The notes: generated from the letters alone by a model not told the origin. A stretch of DNA of 63,945 nt, filler included, from Thelocarpon superellum (GCA_026025795.1; 3 parts of 3 records of this genome joined end to end with filler, not necessarily neighbours in it); one strand, 5' to 3'. Positions 37,506 through 50,409 are shown, numbered from the whole stretch's first letter. Numbers and translations: made by a program.

Positions 37506-40500
37506 CTAGCCTAGCTGTGTAATGCTTGCGTCTTGGGCGCAATCTTGCCGCGCCATCCGTCTCTTCAACAACTGCACGATAGCTTGATGGAATTTCAAAT
37601 TCCTTGCCGCGTTATCCTTTGAGCGATACCTCAACCACGTTGAGTCTTGCTCCAACCTTGTGCACTTCTCAATAGCCACGATCAAAGGCGTGTTTCCATC
37701 AAAGTTCTGCGCATGCACATCGGCTCCAGCATCAAGCAAGAAGTTGACAGTGTCAACATTCTCTGCCTCCATCCAACTTTCCGAACCTTCACAGGCGCAG
37801 TGCAAGGGTGTATTTTTCCATTGATCTCGGTTCTCAAGGTCAACCTGACGCCCCAATAGCAGCGCTATCACTCCCACAGCCCCTCTATTAGCTGCTCCAT
37901 GGAGTGGAGTCTGGCCTTGATTGTCCTTGCAGTCGGCTGCCACATCGTCTCGATCAAGCAGCATCTTGACCACCGCCTCTTTTCCCAATGAAGCTGCTCC
38001 GTGGAGTGGAGTCTGGCCATGATTGTCCTTGCAGTCGGCTGCCACATCGTCTCGATCAAGCAGCATCTTGACCACCGCCTCTTTTCCCAATAAAGCTGCT
38101 CTGTGGAGTGGAGTCTGGCCATGATTGTCCTTGCAGTCAGCCACCACATCGTCTCGATCAAGCAGCATCTTGACCACTGCCTCTTTTCCCAATGAAGCTG
38201 CTCCGTGGAGTGGAGTCTGGCCATGATGATTGTCCTTGCAGTTGGCTACCACATCGTCTCGATCAAGCAGCATCTTGACCACCGCCTCTTTTCCCAATAA
38301 AGCTGCTCTGTGGAGTGGAGTCCGGCCATAATTGTCCTGGCAGTCGGCTACCACATCATCTCGATCAAGTAGCATCTTGACCACCGCCTCTTCCCCACAT
38401 GAAGCTGCTCTGTGGAGTGGAGTCCGGCCATAATTGTCCTTGCAGTCGGCTGCCACATCGTCTCGATCAAGCAGCATCTTGACCACTGCCTCTCTTCCCA
38501 ATGAAGCTGCTCTGAGGAGTGGAGTCTGGCCTTGATTGTCCTTGCAGTCGGCTACCACATCATATCGATCAAGCAGCATCTTGACCACTGCCTCTTGCCC
38601 CCACGCAGCCGCCCAGTGAAGCGGTGTCCGATCATCCCCAGCCTTGGAGCTGGCATCGAATCCGGCTTCTATAAGACTGGCTGTTGTGTCCTCCAAACCG
38701 AAAAATGCGGCAAGATGGAGTCCCGGCATCCGATCGTCAAACAAAGCTCCGCGAGCTGCACCGCCTGCCCAGACTTGATATGCCAAGGAACTCTTAGAGA
38801 TGTCTCTGAGGAAGGCGAGAGTCATAAGACGAAGTTCTCGCTCCAGCTCGCGCGTGAGATGGGAACTCCAGTTGCATGCCGCATACTTGAGAAACGGATG
38901 CTTGGAAGTATGTCTCAAGAGGTTTTGTTGGGTAAATGCGAAAGCAGTAGAATAGGAACCCCTTGAATCGCATGAATCTTTAGCGTTACGTAAGTATGCT
39001 CCGAAAATGTCGAAGTCAAGGTAGCTGAGGCATGTCGTGGCGATGGTCTTTTGGGCGTCCGGGAAACGTTGCGGACTGATGTGCTCGAGGTAATGCTGAG
39101 TAGTTTCGTGAACCAACCGGACGACGCTACTTTCCTTATCGATGACGACAAGGCCGGCACAGTAAGACACCAGTTCTTCAATGTCTTCGAGGCCATCTTC
39201 ATTCAGTGCTGCCTCGCCCGGCTCAACCGCGAGCGCTGTCTGTAGTTCTGTGGTTGTCATGGATCGTTTGGCGTGGGTGACCCAGGCGAGGACTTGATAT
39301 GCGCCGTCTTTGTGGCCCTTCCGCTGACTGTCGACCCTGGCCATGGCATCGTCGTAGGCACGATGCAAGTTATCTGATCCATTTGGTAAGACCTTGATCG
39401 CAGCTTTCAACAACTTGCGGCTTGTTTTGTCCGTGAGCGACTCGAAGTGAAGGCGGGCAAGAAGAAACCTGTTCGAACATTTCAGGGACGTACTCGGCAC
39501 AAGGACTGTGGCGGGAAGACTAACATTTCATCGGCAGCTCGGACAATGCTGCTGATGATCAGCTCTTGGAGTTCCTCGTCCCCTTGAACACACCGCGTTA
39601 AGCGGTGCATTCGTCCAGCTAGATATTTCCGCACATCTGCTTCGCCGGCTCGGATTTCAAGGCTCACAGCTTGCTGGAAGTGCCGCTCTATGACTGCAAT
39701 GGGCCGGGAGGTCATCATCAGATTGAGAGCGCACGTGTCCTGGATCGATCGCAGGGTTGAGCACAGCTCGTCTCGCGTTCCATCGTCGTTCGTGCATTCA
39801 TCGAGCGCGTCGACGACGATGAATACCTGAGAATGTTTGTTGATTTCCGATCGAAGTAATTGCAGCAGTTCTTTGTGGGTGAGTGAAGTTTTCGTTTGGC
39901 GGTGCTGTGCGTAAAGGGCCCTGACCTCCGTGGAGAGTGAAGGGCTTCCTTGCAGTAGCTGCGCCAGGAGGCTTGCGAGAAGCTTTGCTGAGGTTTGATC
40001 CTCTTGCATCCGATAGCTGCAATACACATACGCCACGCCAATTCGCTGTCCCTCAGCCCCTTTCCGTCGGATATTGTGCAGTAGGTGGTCGATTGCAATG
40101 GCTGCCAACATGGTCTTGCCGGCACCTGGAATGCCCGGACAGAAGAGTGTCTCACGGCTGCCTCGGCACCAGCGTTCAAATTCTGTCGACTCCAAGAGCC
40201 ATTGGCCCGTTCCAGTCTCTCGCGTGGCGATGAAATCACTCTGCTGTTTGGGGTAGTCGAGGGAGGATATCCAGGCGAGTATGTCCCTGCTCTCCTGCTC
40301 TCTTTGCCAGCTCTCTTGATCTTGAGGCACGAATCAATTTCAGTTGGAAGGTTCGATATGTTCGAACATAAGAGCGAACCACTTACGCATGTTGCTATTC
40401 TGTAGCCGAGCTACCTGATCGCTGACACCCATCACCTCCTCGCGTACCTTCGACACATCGTCCTTCATTGCTCGAGATAATGCCCTGGACAAGTCAGCGC

Positions 40501-40972
40501 AAGATCCAAGGTGAAGCCGGGGATGAAGGACATACAGTTGATCGCCCTTCAAGGCCAAACCGAACAGCGTCTTCAAACGCTCGATTCTGGCCAAGATGGC
40601 CCGAACATCTTCCCTCTGACGGGGCCAGTCTAGAGCCTTTCCTACCTTCCGCATCCCTTCGGCCGGGGCTAACTTGGACACCAGCTGCTCCAAGGCCACC
40701 TTGAACTGGTCAAGCGGTCCGTTGGGCCCAGCCAGGGACCTCACAGCAACGGCTGCGGATTCGTCGCTTTGTTCGTGTGCGGTCAAGTCTTTCAGCGTAT
40801 GCAAGATCCCACGAACTCCCGTCACCTCCTCGAGGAGACTTTCCCTCTCCTGGAAGGATCTTTTCACGTTGAGCAGGCATCGTACCGCCGTATTGGTAAG
40901 GCCGAGAATTGAATCGATGTTGGCGGGGATGTTGAGCAGGTCCATTTTGGCAGGGATGTTGAGCTGGCTCAT
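37506..40972 (-). CDS. Fungal NLR-like protein: HeLo-like N-terminus + NACHT + winged helix + ankyrin repeats, 4 exons
   Basis: GTGQWLL, Walker A GIPGAGKT, Walker B VFIVVDALDE, TSRP, MFLLA split by an intron, RLVHETTQHYL; ~11 ankyrin repeats. Confidence 0.92.
37900..38630 (-). repeat. Seven near-identical ~102-bp ankyrin-coding tandem repeats
   Basis: Recurring unit TTGTCCTTGCAGTCGGC..ACATCGTCTCGATCAAGCAGCATCTTGACCAC..GTGGAGTGGAGTC. Confidence 0.95.
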
Positions 40973-41621
40973 GTCATGGACGCGTTGCGGCGTCCCGCTG
41001 CATGTTGATGCAAGACAGGTGCAGTGCTCGCGTCACAGGCAGAGTTCAAGCACGATGAAGAGCTGTGCAAGCAGAATTAGAGGTGGATGTTTTCTCGAAC
41101 CTTCCGACTGCCGCGGCCGATCCAAGGCTGGAGGCCCTAGGCCCACAGCTCGACGCTTGGCGGATAGCCTCGCCACCGGCAAGAGCAGAGCCGCCCAAGG
41201 CTGACGTGGGCATCTGGCTGCAGTGTGGGGGTTGCGGCTGAGCCAATGAAGTCGAGCGGGGAGCCTCATGATACGCCGCACTGCTGCATGATTGCTGCAT
41301 GGCCACCTGCATCTGTAGCACCATAGCCAGTCGAGACAGACGACGGCGTCCTGGACCGCGGGGGCCACGAGCAATTTCTCGACGCCGTCACGAGACGCTT
41401 GACCGAGGCGCCCAGAGAATCAAGTAGAAACGTGCTAAGGTGGGCGCGTGCAGGTCTGAAGCTGCAGCTACAACTCCAAGGTACGACGACAATTGACAAG
41501 CATGAGAATAAATCCCGTACATGAGGGGCTGCTGTAGGCGCCACAGGTGCAAGATTAGCGAGGGTCATGACTAGTAGTGGCGGTATGAGTTATTCACGAG
41601 CGGCTTGGTGGATGCCATGAG

Positions 41622-41654
41622 GCGGGTGTGAGTAGTAATGTTACTCACACCCGC
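41622..41654. repeat. Perfect 13-bp inverted repeat with 7-nt loop
   Basis: GCGGGTGTGAGTA-GTAATGT-TACTCACACCCGC. Confidence 0.9.
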
Positions 41655-41924
41655 TTTAGTAGCAGTGTCAGAGCTCTACCGTTAGGGACTCGAGAGGCGC
41701 CATTAGCGACATGAGCAATAACTACGGCACTGACCTCGCCTATGCTCATACCTACGCACCCTTGCGATCTATCGTACTCGTCGCTTTCCACTGGAAGAGG
41801 AAGAGGAAGAGGACGAGGAAGAGGAAGACTATTCCACCCTCCACCTCGGTTTCTGCCGCCACTGCATTACTACTCTCCTCCCTCCATCCACGAAGAAGGG
41901 AGAGAGAGACACACCTACACAACC

Positions 41925-43081
41925 ATGGATCTTCTCGCCACGGTCCGAAAGGAAGGAAGTCGGTATGTGATTCAATTCTTCCCCACCCCGACCGTATTCG
42001 ATTCCCAACTCCAACAATGCAAGAAGATGACCAGGCTGACGAAAATGAGCAGAGGTGGACGCGCCGACTTCAAGTGGGAAGACGTCAAAGGCGACGCTTT
42101 GCACCGCGAGAATTATCTCGGTCACAGCGTCATGGCTCGTGTGTCAACCTCCTCCACCCTACACCCCAAGACTAACTCGTATATGTACGAACGATAGCCG
42201 TCGGCCGCTGGCAAAAGAACAGAGATCTATCATGGTACGCCAAAGGGTCCGAAGACGGCAGCATGAGCGCGGCCGAGGTGGCAGCGGCGGCAGAGGAGGC
42301 ACGTCGGGACGAAATCGCACGCGTCAAGCAGGCAGAGGCCGAGGCGCTCGCTGCAGCGTTGGGCTTTCCGCCGCCTCTATCGTCCAACTCAAACCATCTA
42401 CCGCTGGGGGAGCGAAAAGGTGTCGCCAGGGGCGCGGGTTCGGGAGCGGTGGTGGGAGTGAGTGAGGCCGAGGTGAAGAGGGTGGTCGGCGAGTCGGCAA
42501 TGGACGATGGCGGGGATGTGGAAGCACGAGAGCGTGGAATCGGGTACGGAGGATATGAACCCGGAAGTAAGATACGGGGTCAGAATGGTCAACGGGACGT
42601 GCTGATGCCAACTGGAGGAGCGGGGGAGGGAGAAAGAGAAGCAGGACTGAGACGGGGAAAAGCACGAGAGAGGGTAAGAGATAGGGGAGAGAGGGAGGGA
42701 TCAGAAGACGAAGACCGACGAGAGAGACGACGACGGAGACGAGAAGAGGGTGATGGACATTCCCATTCCCATTCCCATTCCCATCGTCATCGTCATCGTC
42801 ACAATGAGGAGCGTCACCACCATAGGGCAGAGAGATCAGAGAGGTCAGAACGACACGAAAGATCCGATCGATACCATGAACCTCACGACTCATCCCGACA
42901 TGGTCGATATGAACGGGACCGACCGGAGCGAGAAGAGAGGTATAAACGACCTCAACGATACGAACGACAGGAACGACGGGAGAGATACAACCGACGAGCT
43001 CAAAGTCGGAGTCGGAGTCGGAGTCGGAGTCGGAGTCGGAGTCGAAGTCGGAGTCGGAGTCGGAGTAGGAGTCCACGATAA
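41925..43081 (+). CDS. MMTAG2-like (kinase phosphorylation domain) protein with RS-rich tail, 3 exons
   Basis: MDLLATVRKEGSR|GGRADFKWEDVK..HRENYLGHSVMA|PVGRWQKNRDLSWY; C-terminal (RS)n encoded by (CGGAGT)n. Confidence 0.88.
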
Positions 43082-43150
43082 CTGAACTGACACCTGTCTG
43101 TACTCATACATTGACATCCGACATGACTAGACTATCTTATCCAGGTCCGC

Positions 43151-45898
43151 TCAAAGCTCGTCGTGTCCTTCTTCCTCTGCCTCCTCGTCTTCAATATTCT
43201 CCACCTTCTCCTCCTTGACAGCTTCCTTCACCTCTTCCGTGACCTTCTTCACCCCCTCCCTAACCTCATCCTTGACCTTCTTCACCTTCTCTCCCACCCC
43301 GCCCCCCACCTCAGGCAAGGCCATGACCTTCACCACCAACGAAGTCCAGCCCGTGAAATGCTGCGTGCGTTGCCCCGCGCCCGTGTCGGGATTATACTGC
43401 TCCCATGCGAACCCGGTCTTTTGCCACTGCTCGTGCACGTTGCTCACGAGATTGCGCCGCAGGCTATTGTACAGTCGTGTGGCTTGTGCTGTGTGCGGGC
43501 CCGGAGACTGCGTCAGGGCCTAGGTTGAGGGGAGTCGAGATTAGTTCGTGGACGGGGTGAGAAACAGCCAAGGGAAAGGAGCGGGGGGAGGGGGGCTTAC
43601 GTATAATTGAGTCAAGATCAGGTAATTCATATTCACCCAGATGGGACTGCGCCAGTAGTTCTCCTCGGTGCCGTAGAATTCATCGCTCTTGCTGAGGCTG
43701 CGGATGCCATAGTCCGTCCAGAGTTCCTCGGGGTCTTCAATCAGGTTCAGGATCGCGCCGAGATGCGGGTGCTTGGGTGTCAGAAGACCCGTCATGAATG
43801 GGAAGAGTGACACGTAGCCCTTGTGGCACACGTGCACGTGCTCGTCGTAGTCGTCGATCGTTGCGTCGCAGTACGTCTGGGCCTTCTCGTCCCAGTGCAA
43901 GTCCTCGATGTTGCGCACGATACCCTCCTCATAGCCAGCAAACTCCTCGGCGTCGTCCGTCTCGCCAATGGTGCGCGCCACGCGTTTCATCGACCGCGTC
44001 ATCATCCCCATCCATGACATCAGATCAAGATGTAGCTCGCCCGGGTGTGGCGGCTGTGGACGAGGGTAGTCATCTTGCCCGGACGTGAGGATGTGTTGGG
44101 GCGTGCGGCCGCGCCACCGGTAGCCTTCCTTGGAGGAAAAGGCCTCGCGCTCGTAGGACTTGATATCGCCCCACTGCGTGCGCCGGTACCAGAGGTAATG
44201 GCGTCGGAGCAAGGGGTACAGCTCGCGGAGATATTGCAGTGCCGCCTTGTCCTTGGCATTCACAGACAACTTGTCCATGAACGCTTCCAGAACCAGGAAC
44301 AAGGTCGGTGGGTTGGCGTAATGAGGGTACTGCGTCTGGAACTCTCGCGGCACTTTGCTCCGTGCTTCATCGCCCAGGATTTGTTCTCGCCCGATCCATC
44401 CATCGTCGTCCATCAGCTTGAACCAGCTCTGCACGATCTCCAGCCTGCCTTTCGTCAGCGGAGACGGCCACCTGGGGCGATGCCACTCACGCAAGATCCG
44501 TGTCGTAATCGATGATCGGCAAGAGATGGAATCCTTCGTCCCACAGAAAGCCTCGAGGAAAGAACGGCCGTGACGGAATGCTCGTGAACAGCTCGTACGG
44601 TCCCTCGCGTTTCTCGTTGTTCCGTCCTCGTGCTTCGGCCGTCTCTTCCCAGAAGCCTTCGTTGACCTCCTCGTACTCCTCCGCATACGACCGGTCGACC
44701 ACGGCGTCGCCGTAAAAGTAGCCGATGCCACCCAAGAGATTGGAAAAGAGCTCCTTGGCGAACTGCTGGTAGCTCGCCTGGTCGAACGGCGCCGAGGTGG
44801 GAAAGACTCCGGCAAACCGCTCCTGAAAGGCTGCCACGGCCGCCTTAATATGCTCCGTGAGTGTGTCCGATGTCAGACGCTCCCCCGCCGAGGCAGAAGA
44901 GTAGAGAATGTCGAATTCAAAGGCTCCTTCAAACACCTTTTGCACGTAATGGAGATTGCCGTCCCCGGCACGGTTGGCAATGGTGTATACCTGGAAGGGA
45001 GGAGGCATATTCTGCTCGCCGTATTTGGGCACAAGCTCTCCGATGCTCTCCTTGAGATGAGCGAACAAGGTGGCTGATCCATTCGATTAGTCATGACTGC
45101 CATCGAGGCGATGGATCACCCACATTTGGCTTGCCACAACGCATGCTCGGGTGCCGTGGTCGACAAGACCATGGTCCGGTCCAGCGGCTTCTCCTCATAC
45201 GCCGGATGAGAATGCTCGGGATGGACATTGGACTCAGGCCCTGTGGTGATGTCAATAGCAAACTCGCCCAGCTCCGCCGTGCTGCCGTGGAGCGTCACGG
45301 TCCCCTCGAATCCTCGCGCGTCCTGCTCGTTCATTACCTCCAGGCTTCCAAGTCCCTCCATCGTGGCGTAGAAGACGACGGTCGTCTTGAGATTCGGCGG
45401 CGCGTCGGATCGTGGTACCCCCTTGACACGGACGCCCCAGCTGCCGCCATTGCTTCCTCCGGGCACTTTGACAAAGGAGTTTTCCATGTCTATCTGATTT
45501 CCAGCATCGTGCACCACTTGTCGGCCGCCCGCCCGCACGTCATACTCCTCCCATCCATATCCATCCATCCCCTCGTGCTGTTCGCAGGTGTGTCGGAAGT
45601 CTGTCCATGGATTAGCATCGGTCACGGCCCAGTGGGGCAATGCAGGTCCCTCACTCTCTTGGACGGACTGAAAGTCCTCGACCCTCGACCAGAGTAGTCC
45701 GGTCATCAGGGACTTGGGGATCCGGGGCCGGACTCCGAAGTAGAGATTGGGTCGATAGGGACCCCAAAGTAAGGATTCGTTCGAGGCTCGTCCGATGTCA
45801 TTCTTCAGCACGGCCTGGTCGCCGTGGCACCTGTGTACAAGGGCCAGGGAGAGGACGGCCAGGAGAGCCGTCCAGCAGCGCACACCATGGTCCAGCAT
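43151..45898 (-). CDS. CWH41: Mannosyl-oligosaccharide glucosidase I (GH63), multi-exon
   Basis: Signal peptide; LLWGPYRPNLYFG, PSRPFFPRGFLWDEGFH, SGQDDYPR, YWRSPIW, HFTGWT; C-terminal HDEL. Confidence 0.96.
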
Positions 45899-46562
45899 GG
45901 TGCGTGTCGCTAAATGTCCGACGAAGACGATGTTGCGGGAATGGCAGCTTCCGAAGATGCTCCAGCAAGACTCGTACACCACCTGCACCGATGCTCCAGA
46001 TCCGGGGTAGCGCCCGAACGGAGTGGGCAATTGCTCACAACTTCGATCCAGTGAGACAGGCCATGGTGCAAGTGCTCATAACAAGTAATCAATGGACTCC
46101 TCGCCGCAGCGTGGCCGTGGCACGAGCAATGACCGAGAGTGTTACGGCCAGCAAATCAGGTACGAAAGTTTGAAGTGACCACCGTTACTGTTACGGGCAA
46201 CCTGCCGCGTAGCGCGGGCAGGGTCGAGCTCGCGGCTCTTTTGTCCTTTGTCCCAAACTTTCGGTAACATCCCTGTGGCGTGGCGTCTCCGGCTCGTCTA
46301 TTGTTGTCTGGGACGCGAGAAGTGCCTGCAAGTGCCAAGGCCAAGTGCGCACCTGGACGGTTCACACCGAAGATCGCCGGCGATCTTGCTTATGTCATTG
46401 CCATTTGGTCGACAAGATTGTGCGGCCATACCATTGCTGCTCGCTGGATGGCAGCAATTCATTTACAGAATATAGCACTCCAGCGTAGAACTCGGAACTT
46501 CGGTCGTGGCATCTGTCAAGTAAGGCAAATCATTAGAAATCGCTAAAAATGGGACCGGGTGG

Positions 46563-47438
46563 TCAGGTATTGTGCCTAAAAAAGCGGAATGTTAGCCCAG
46601 CATTGTGGTTGATCTCGAAGAGGGCATATTCACGATGGACTGAGGGGTCGATTGAACCCTCCAATGCGATTCCTGGCCCAGGGATTAGCGAAGGTCAACA
46701 CCACGGGGCGAGGAAGACAAACATATACTGCCGGTATTCCGTCTTTTTCTCTTTCCGAACAGCGTATGCATCGTTGCCTGGGACTTTCTTCTGTTTCGTG
46801 GTCCCGAATCCTCCGAAGCCTAGCATCGCTTGCATTTGCGCTTCCATGTCGTCACTATCCCCGACCTCGTCCACATCCATTCCGCCTCCTTCCTTGTCAC
46901 CCAGGTCCTCATCTCTCTTCGATGCGTCGACCTCAACACTCTCCATTGCATCATCCGGATGCTTCGGCCGGGATTTTCGCGGCGGAGTCCGCGACCGGGA
47001 CGTCGAGTGTTTCCGGCGCCGACGTGGTGAGCGCGGAGGACCTGTAGCAAGCATCAGCATCCATTATGACGTAGATGTATCCCCAAACATACCCCTCCGT
47101 TCCTGATACCGGTCCGCGGATGGGCTCCGTCGTGACCTCGCACCCTCGTCCCTGTCTCGACCACCCTCCTTGCCCGGGTACTTCTCGCCGCCCCGATCCC
47201 GCGATCGATCGCGATGTTTCCTCGATGGTCTCATGCGGTCTCGGGATCGGCTCCGTTCATGTCGACGGTCGTGGTGTTCGGGGGAGAGGGAGCGGTGTTT
47301 CCGATCCCGGTCATGTCGTGCTCTTCCGCTCTCGCGCGCCCCACGGTCGCCGCGCCCATTATATGATGGCCGGGGGTCGCGATGATAGCTGTCCCGGTCG
47401 TCGTGGTATCGAGATTTCTTGGCCGGAGGTTCCGCCAT
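46563..47438 (-). CDS. SNRNP27: U4/U6.U5 tri-snRNP 27 kDa protein
   Basis: RS/RD-rich N-terminus; MLGFGGFGTTK.KKVPGN..KKTEYRQYM|NRIGGFNRPLSP. Stop is at 46630, or at 46563 if a final intron is spliced. Confidence 0.9.
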
Positions 47439-47758
47439 GACGTACTTGGTGCTGTGTTGGTGGAAAGACAAGCATACAGACTTGAGAGGAAAGCGGAAAG
47501 ATGAGAGGCCCAGTACGGCGAGGGAGGGGCGCCTCATGTGCAGTCCAGCAATGTCCTCATGATCCTCCTGTGAGATCAATCACGCACCTCACTTTCGAAA
47601 GGCGGATCCGGGCACATCTTCGAGTTTCAAAAATGCAAATTAATTAGATAATGATCCTGTTTTCGAATGTTCAGAGAGTCTGTGATAAGTCCAATTGAAT
47701 ATCATTCTATATCTAGTGGCATTTTGCATAAATCTACACGTCACACACAACTCCACCT

Positions 47759-48861
47759 TCATATCTCATCTTCTTCTTCATCAAAGTCGTCTTCGACACC
47801 CATGTCATAAATGATCCGTCCACCCTCGCCAACGCTACCGTCTCCTTTCTGAGCATCGAAATAGGGGAGGACTACGCCCTCACGGTCCCGCTTCTGTTTC
47901 TCCGTCAAGCCCAGGTTAAACGTAGACCCCAGCTCATTCCCATCCGGTATCGAGCCAGACGGCGTATTCTTCTCGGAGGTTGCATAGAGAGGGTGCTCTT
48001 CCAGGAGCATAATCTGGCCACTCGCTCTGTGCTTCTCGACTCCCGACAGGTCGTAGGATGGGAGGAAGAACCACTCTTCCACACTTCGCCCACTCTTCCG
48101 TCGGTATTCCATCTGAATTACCGTCCCTCGCTTGTCATTCGCGCCCGAGCCCACGACCACGCCATCCACGCCCTGAGACAATCCAAATGTTGGCTCCTCC
48201 AGCGATCGATCTCGCGCCTGTCTCTTCGCGAAGATTTGCGCCAGCGAGTGCGTGGACAAGATCGTCGTGGCCAGGTATTTGAGCAAGGTGAGCGGGTGCG
48301 GGAGATAGCTGAGCGAGGGAGAAGGGGCACATAGTGTATCAAGGTGATAAGTCGCGAGCAGCGACGTAGAGGGTCCGATTAGAGACGAAAGGAAAGATGC
48401 CAGCTCGGCTGGAAAAGTCGCCACAATCATGTTCAAGGAATCGATGATGAGCAGTGAGCCTGACGGTGCCTCAGCATACTGGCACTTTCGTCTAGGTGGC
48501 AGACGTACGTTGTGGGGAGGCGAGGGATACAACCTCTTGCTGCAGCCTATGTAGCGTTTTTCCATGGCCCAATACCGTGGCATCTATCCCCACCGGCGGC
48601 TGCTTGGTCTCCAAAGAAATGAAAATGATCTTGATTTTGCTCGACTGGCCGGCCGGGGGTCAGTCATGCCGGCGACAAGAAGACTTTCTTCACGGCACTC
48701 ACGCTGGCTCGTCGAATGTGTTCTGCTCGGAGGTGTTTGCCTGAATGTTCTAGGGAGTCGAGCAGGAGTGTGAATGGTGACGTGCGGTCTTGTAGAGACA
48801 GGAGCCGGGAAATGAGCAACAGGTTGTGCGTTCTCCGATGGGAAGCGTTGTTTGTGGCCAT
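47759..48861 (-). CDS. ELP5: Elongator complex protein 5, multi-exon
   Basis: SPFTLLLDSLE, YRRKSGR, STFNLGLTEKQKRDREGVVLPYFDAQ, IIYDMGVEDDFDEEEDEI. Confidence 0.9.
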
Positions 48862-49456
48862 GGCCGGAGGACCACGCCTCTACAACACGTTAAGCACTGT
48901 GAGTGTCAGTCGAGGGACGATGTGACATCCTTTTACGCGAGAGGACAAGATCGTGGGGCCATCCACCGTCAGCGCTCTCGAACCTTTCCTTTCGGTACAT
49001 GGGAACAGTTCGAGACTACGCAAACGTTCCCCAGAGTAGACGAGGAAAGCGGCAGAGCTCAGTCAAGACCACAAGCGGAATCCCTCTATTCGCTACGTCC
49101 ACCATGACACTCCAGCCCACTTCTCTCCCCAATAGCGTCTCCCCGACATCTGACGGCCACGCAAGCTCAGCAAGACTGCCCGCACGTGTGAGCGACTGCA
49201 GCACGCGCGAAGATGGTGGCCTGGAAGAGACATACCCGTCAAGTGCTCATGGGATGGAGAGCATCTGCTGTCAATGAGACAGATGCAGGCAAGCATGCCT
49301 TGCAAGAGGGGCACTGCAGAGGTAGATCATTGACGCCGACCGCACGGTCCAAGAGACGCCGCTGTAGCCTCGCACCATGCACTCGTAGAACGCCGGCGCG
49401 GCTCTGGGACCTAGAGCCGATGTGTGGTTTTATAGACGAAAGGATGCCTCAGGCAT

Positions 49457-50409
49457 CTAAAGTAAAAGATGTCCTGCATCAGCGTACGTCCCGCGCCATC
49501 GCCCTCGGCACGGATCAAGAAGGCCTTCTGCCACAGCTGACACTCACCCGCCTGCTGGTTGCGTCGGGCGCTGCGCTCGGCGCGAGTGCTGACGGGCGTG
49601 GAGGACTTGGTGGACGCAACGGACTTGGTTGACGCGACCTCGGAAGGCTCGTCGCGTGCCCAGAAGGACTGACGCATGTCCCAGATGGTCCCGAGGTCCT
49701 GGTTATGCCGCTGCACGCGGAATGTCTTCCACGCGTTGCCATTGGGAGGATGGGGGACGCGGCCGTCTTGGAGGAGGATGGCGTTCTCGAGCGCCTGTGG
49801 CCCGCTGATGTCCTTGGCCTCGACATCCACCCCGTTCTGCGCCGACGAGAACTTGAACTGGCCGGGAGGGAACGCAAAGTCAAGATTGCCGCCCGCCGTC
49901 ATGCCCGTCACCTGTTGACCCGTCAGTCCATCATCGTGAACGGCAGCGGACCGTCTGCCCACCTTGACCTCTTTCTCCACCACCAGCGTGCCGCCACGGG
50001 AAGCGCGCCCCGAGAAGGTTCGGCTATACGACCAAACATCGCCGACGAGGAAGACCCCCTTCTTGGTGAGCTGCTCGAGTTTTAGCTTCGAGCTGGAGCC
50101 AGCGACGACGTTCGACGCGAGCTTCTGCTTCTGGCCCCAGAAAGCCTCGTACTGCTCCGCCTTCCAGGCATCAAAGTCCCCCCGCGCCCGTTCCTCCATC
50201 GCCTCGGCGGCCTCGGCGAGCCACTGTGGGTCAAAGCGCCCGGCGTAGAGCTCCTCCTGGAACACGCGGTAGCCATTGCGCCAGTCGTTGTCGTGCTTCA
50301 AGAACCTCTCTGGGAGCTCCGGCCGATCCCCCGCGGCCTCGGCCGCGACGTGGCTGGGTAGGTGCGCGAGCAGCGTCCGCTTCTCCTCGTCGCTCAGACA
50401 GGCGGTGGC
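49457..50409 (-). CDS. ASX-homology (DEUBAD) domain protein, 5' end cut by the contig break
   Basis: LSDEEKRTLLAHLP..FLKHDNDWRNGYRVFQEELYAGRFDPQWLAEA..FWGQKQ; probable introns ~49913-49963 and ~49474-49547. Confidence 0.8.

Noticed and set aside
37900..38630. Regular repeats as a CRISPR-like array
   Set aside because: In-frame ankyrin-coding units without unique spacers, in a eukaryotic gene; no cas genes.
43005..43075. (CGGAGT)n as telomeric or satellite DNA
   Set aside because: Encodes the RS dipeptide tail of the MMTAG2-like protein.
43541..45068. Apparent frameshifts in CWH41 (also SER1, ELP5, CSN2) suggesting pseudogenes
   Set aside because: Frame changes coincide with GT-AG introns carrying branch-point motifs.
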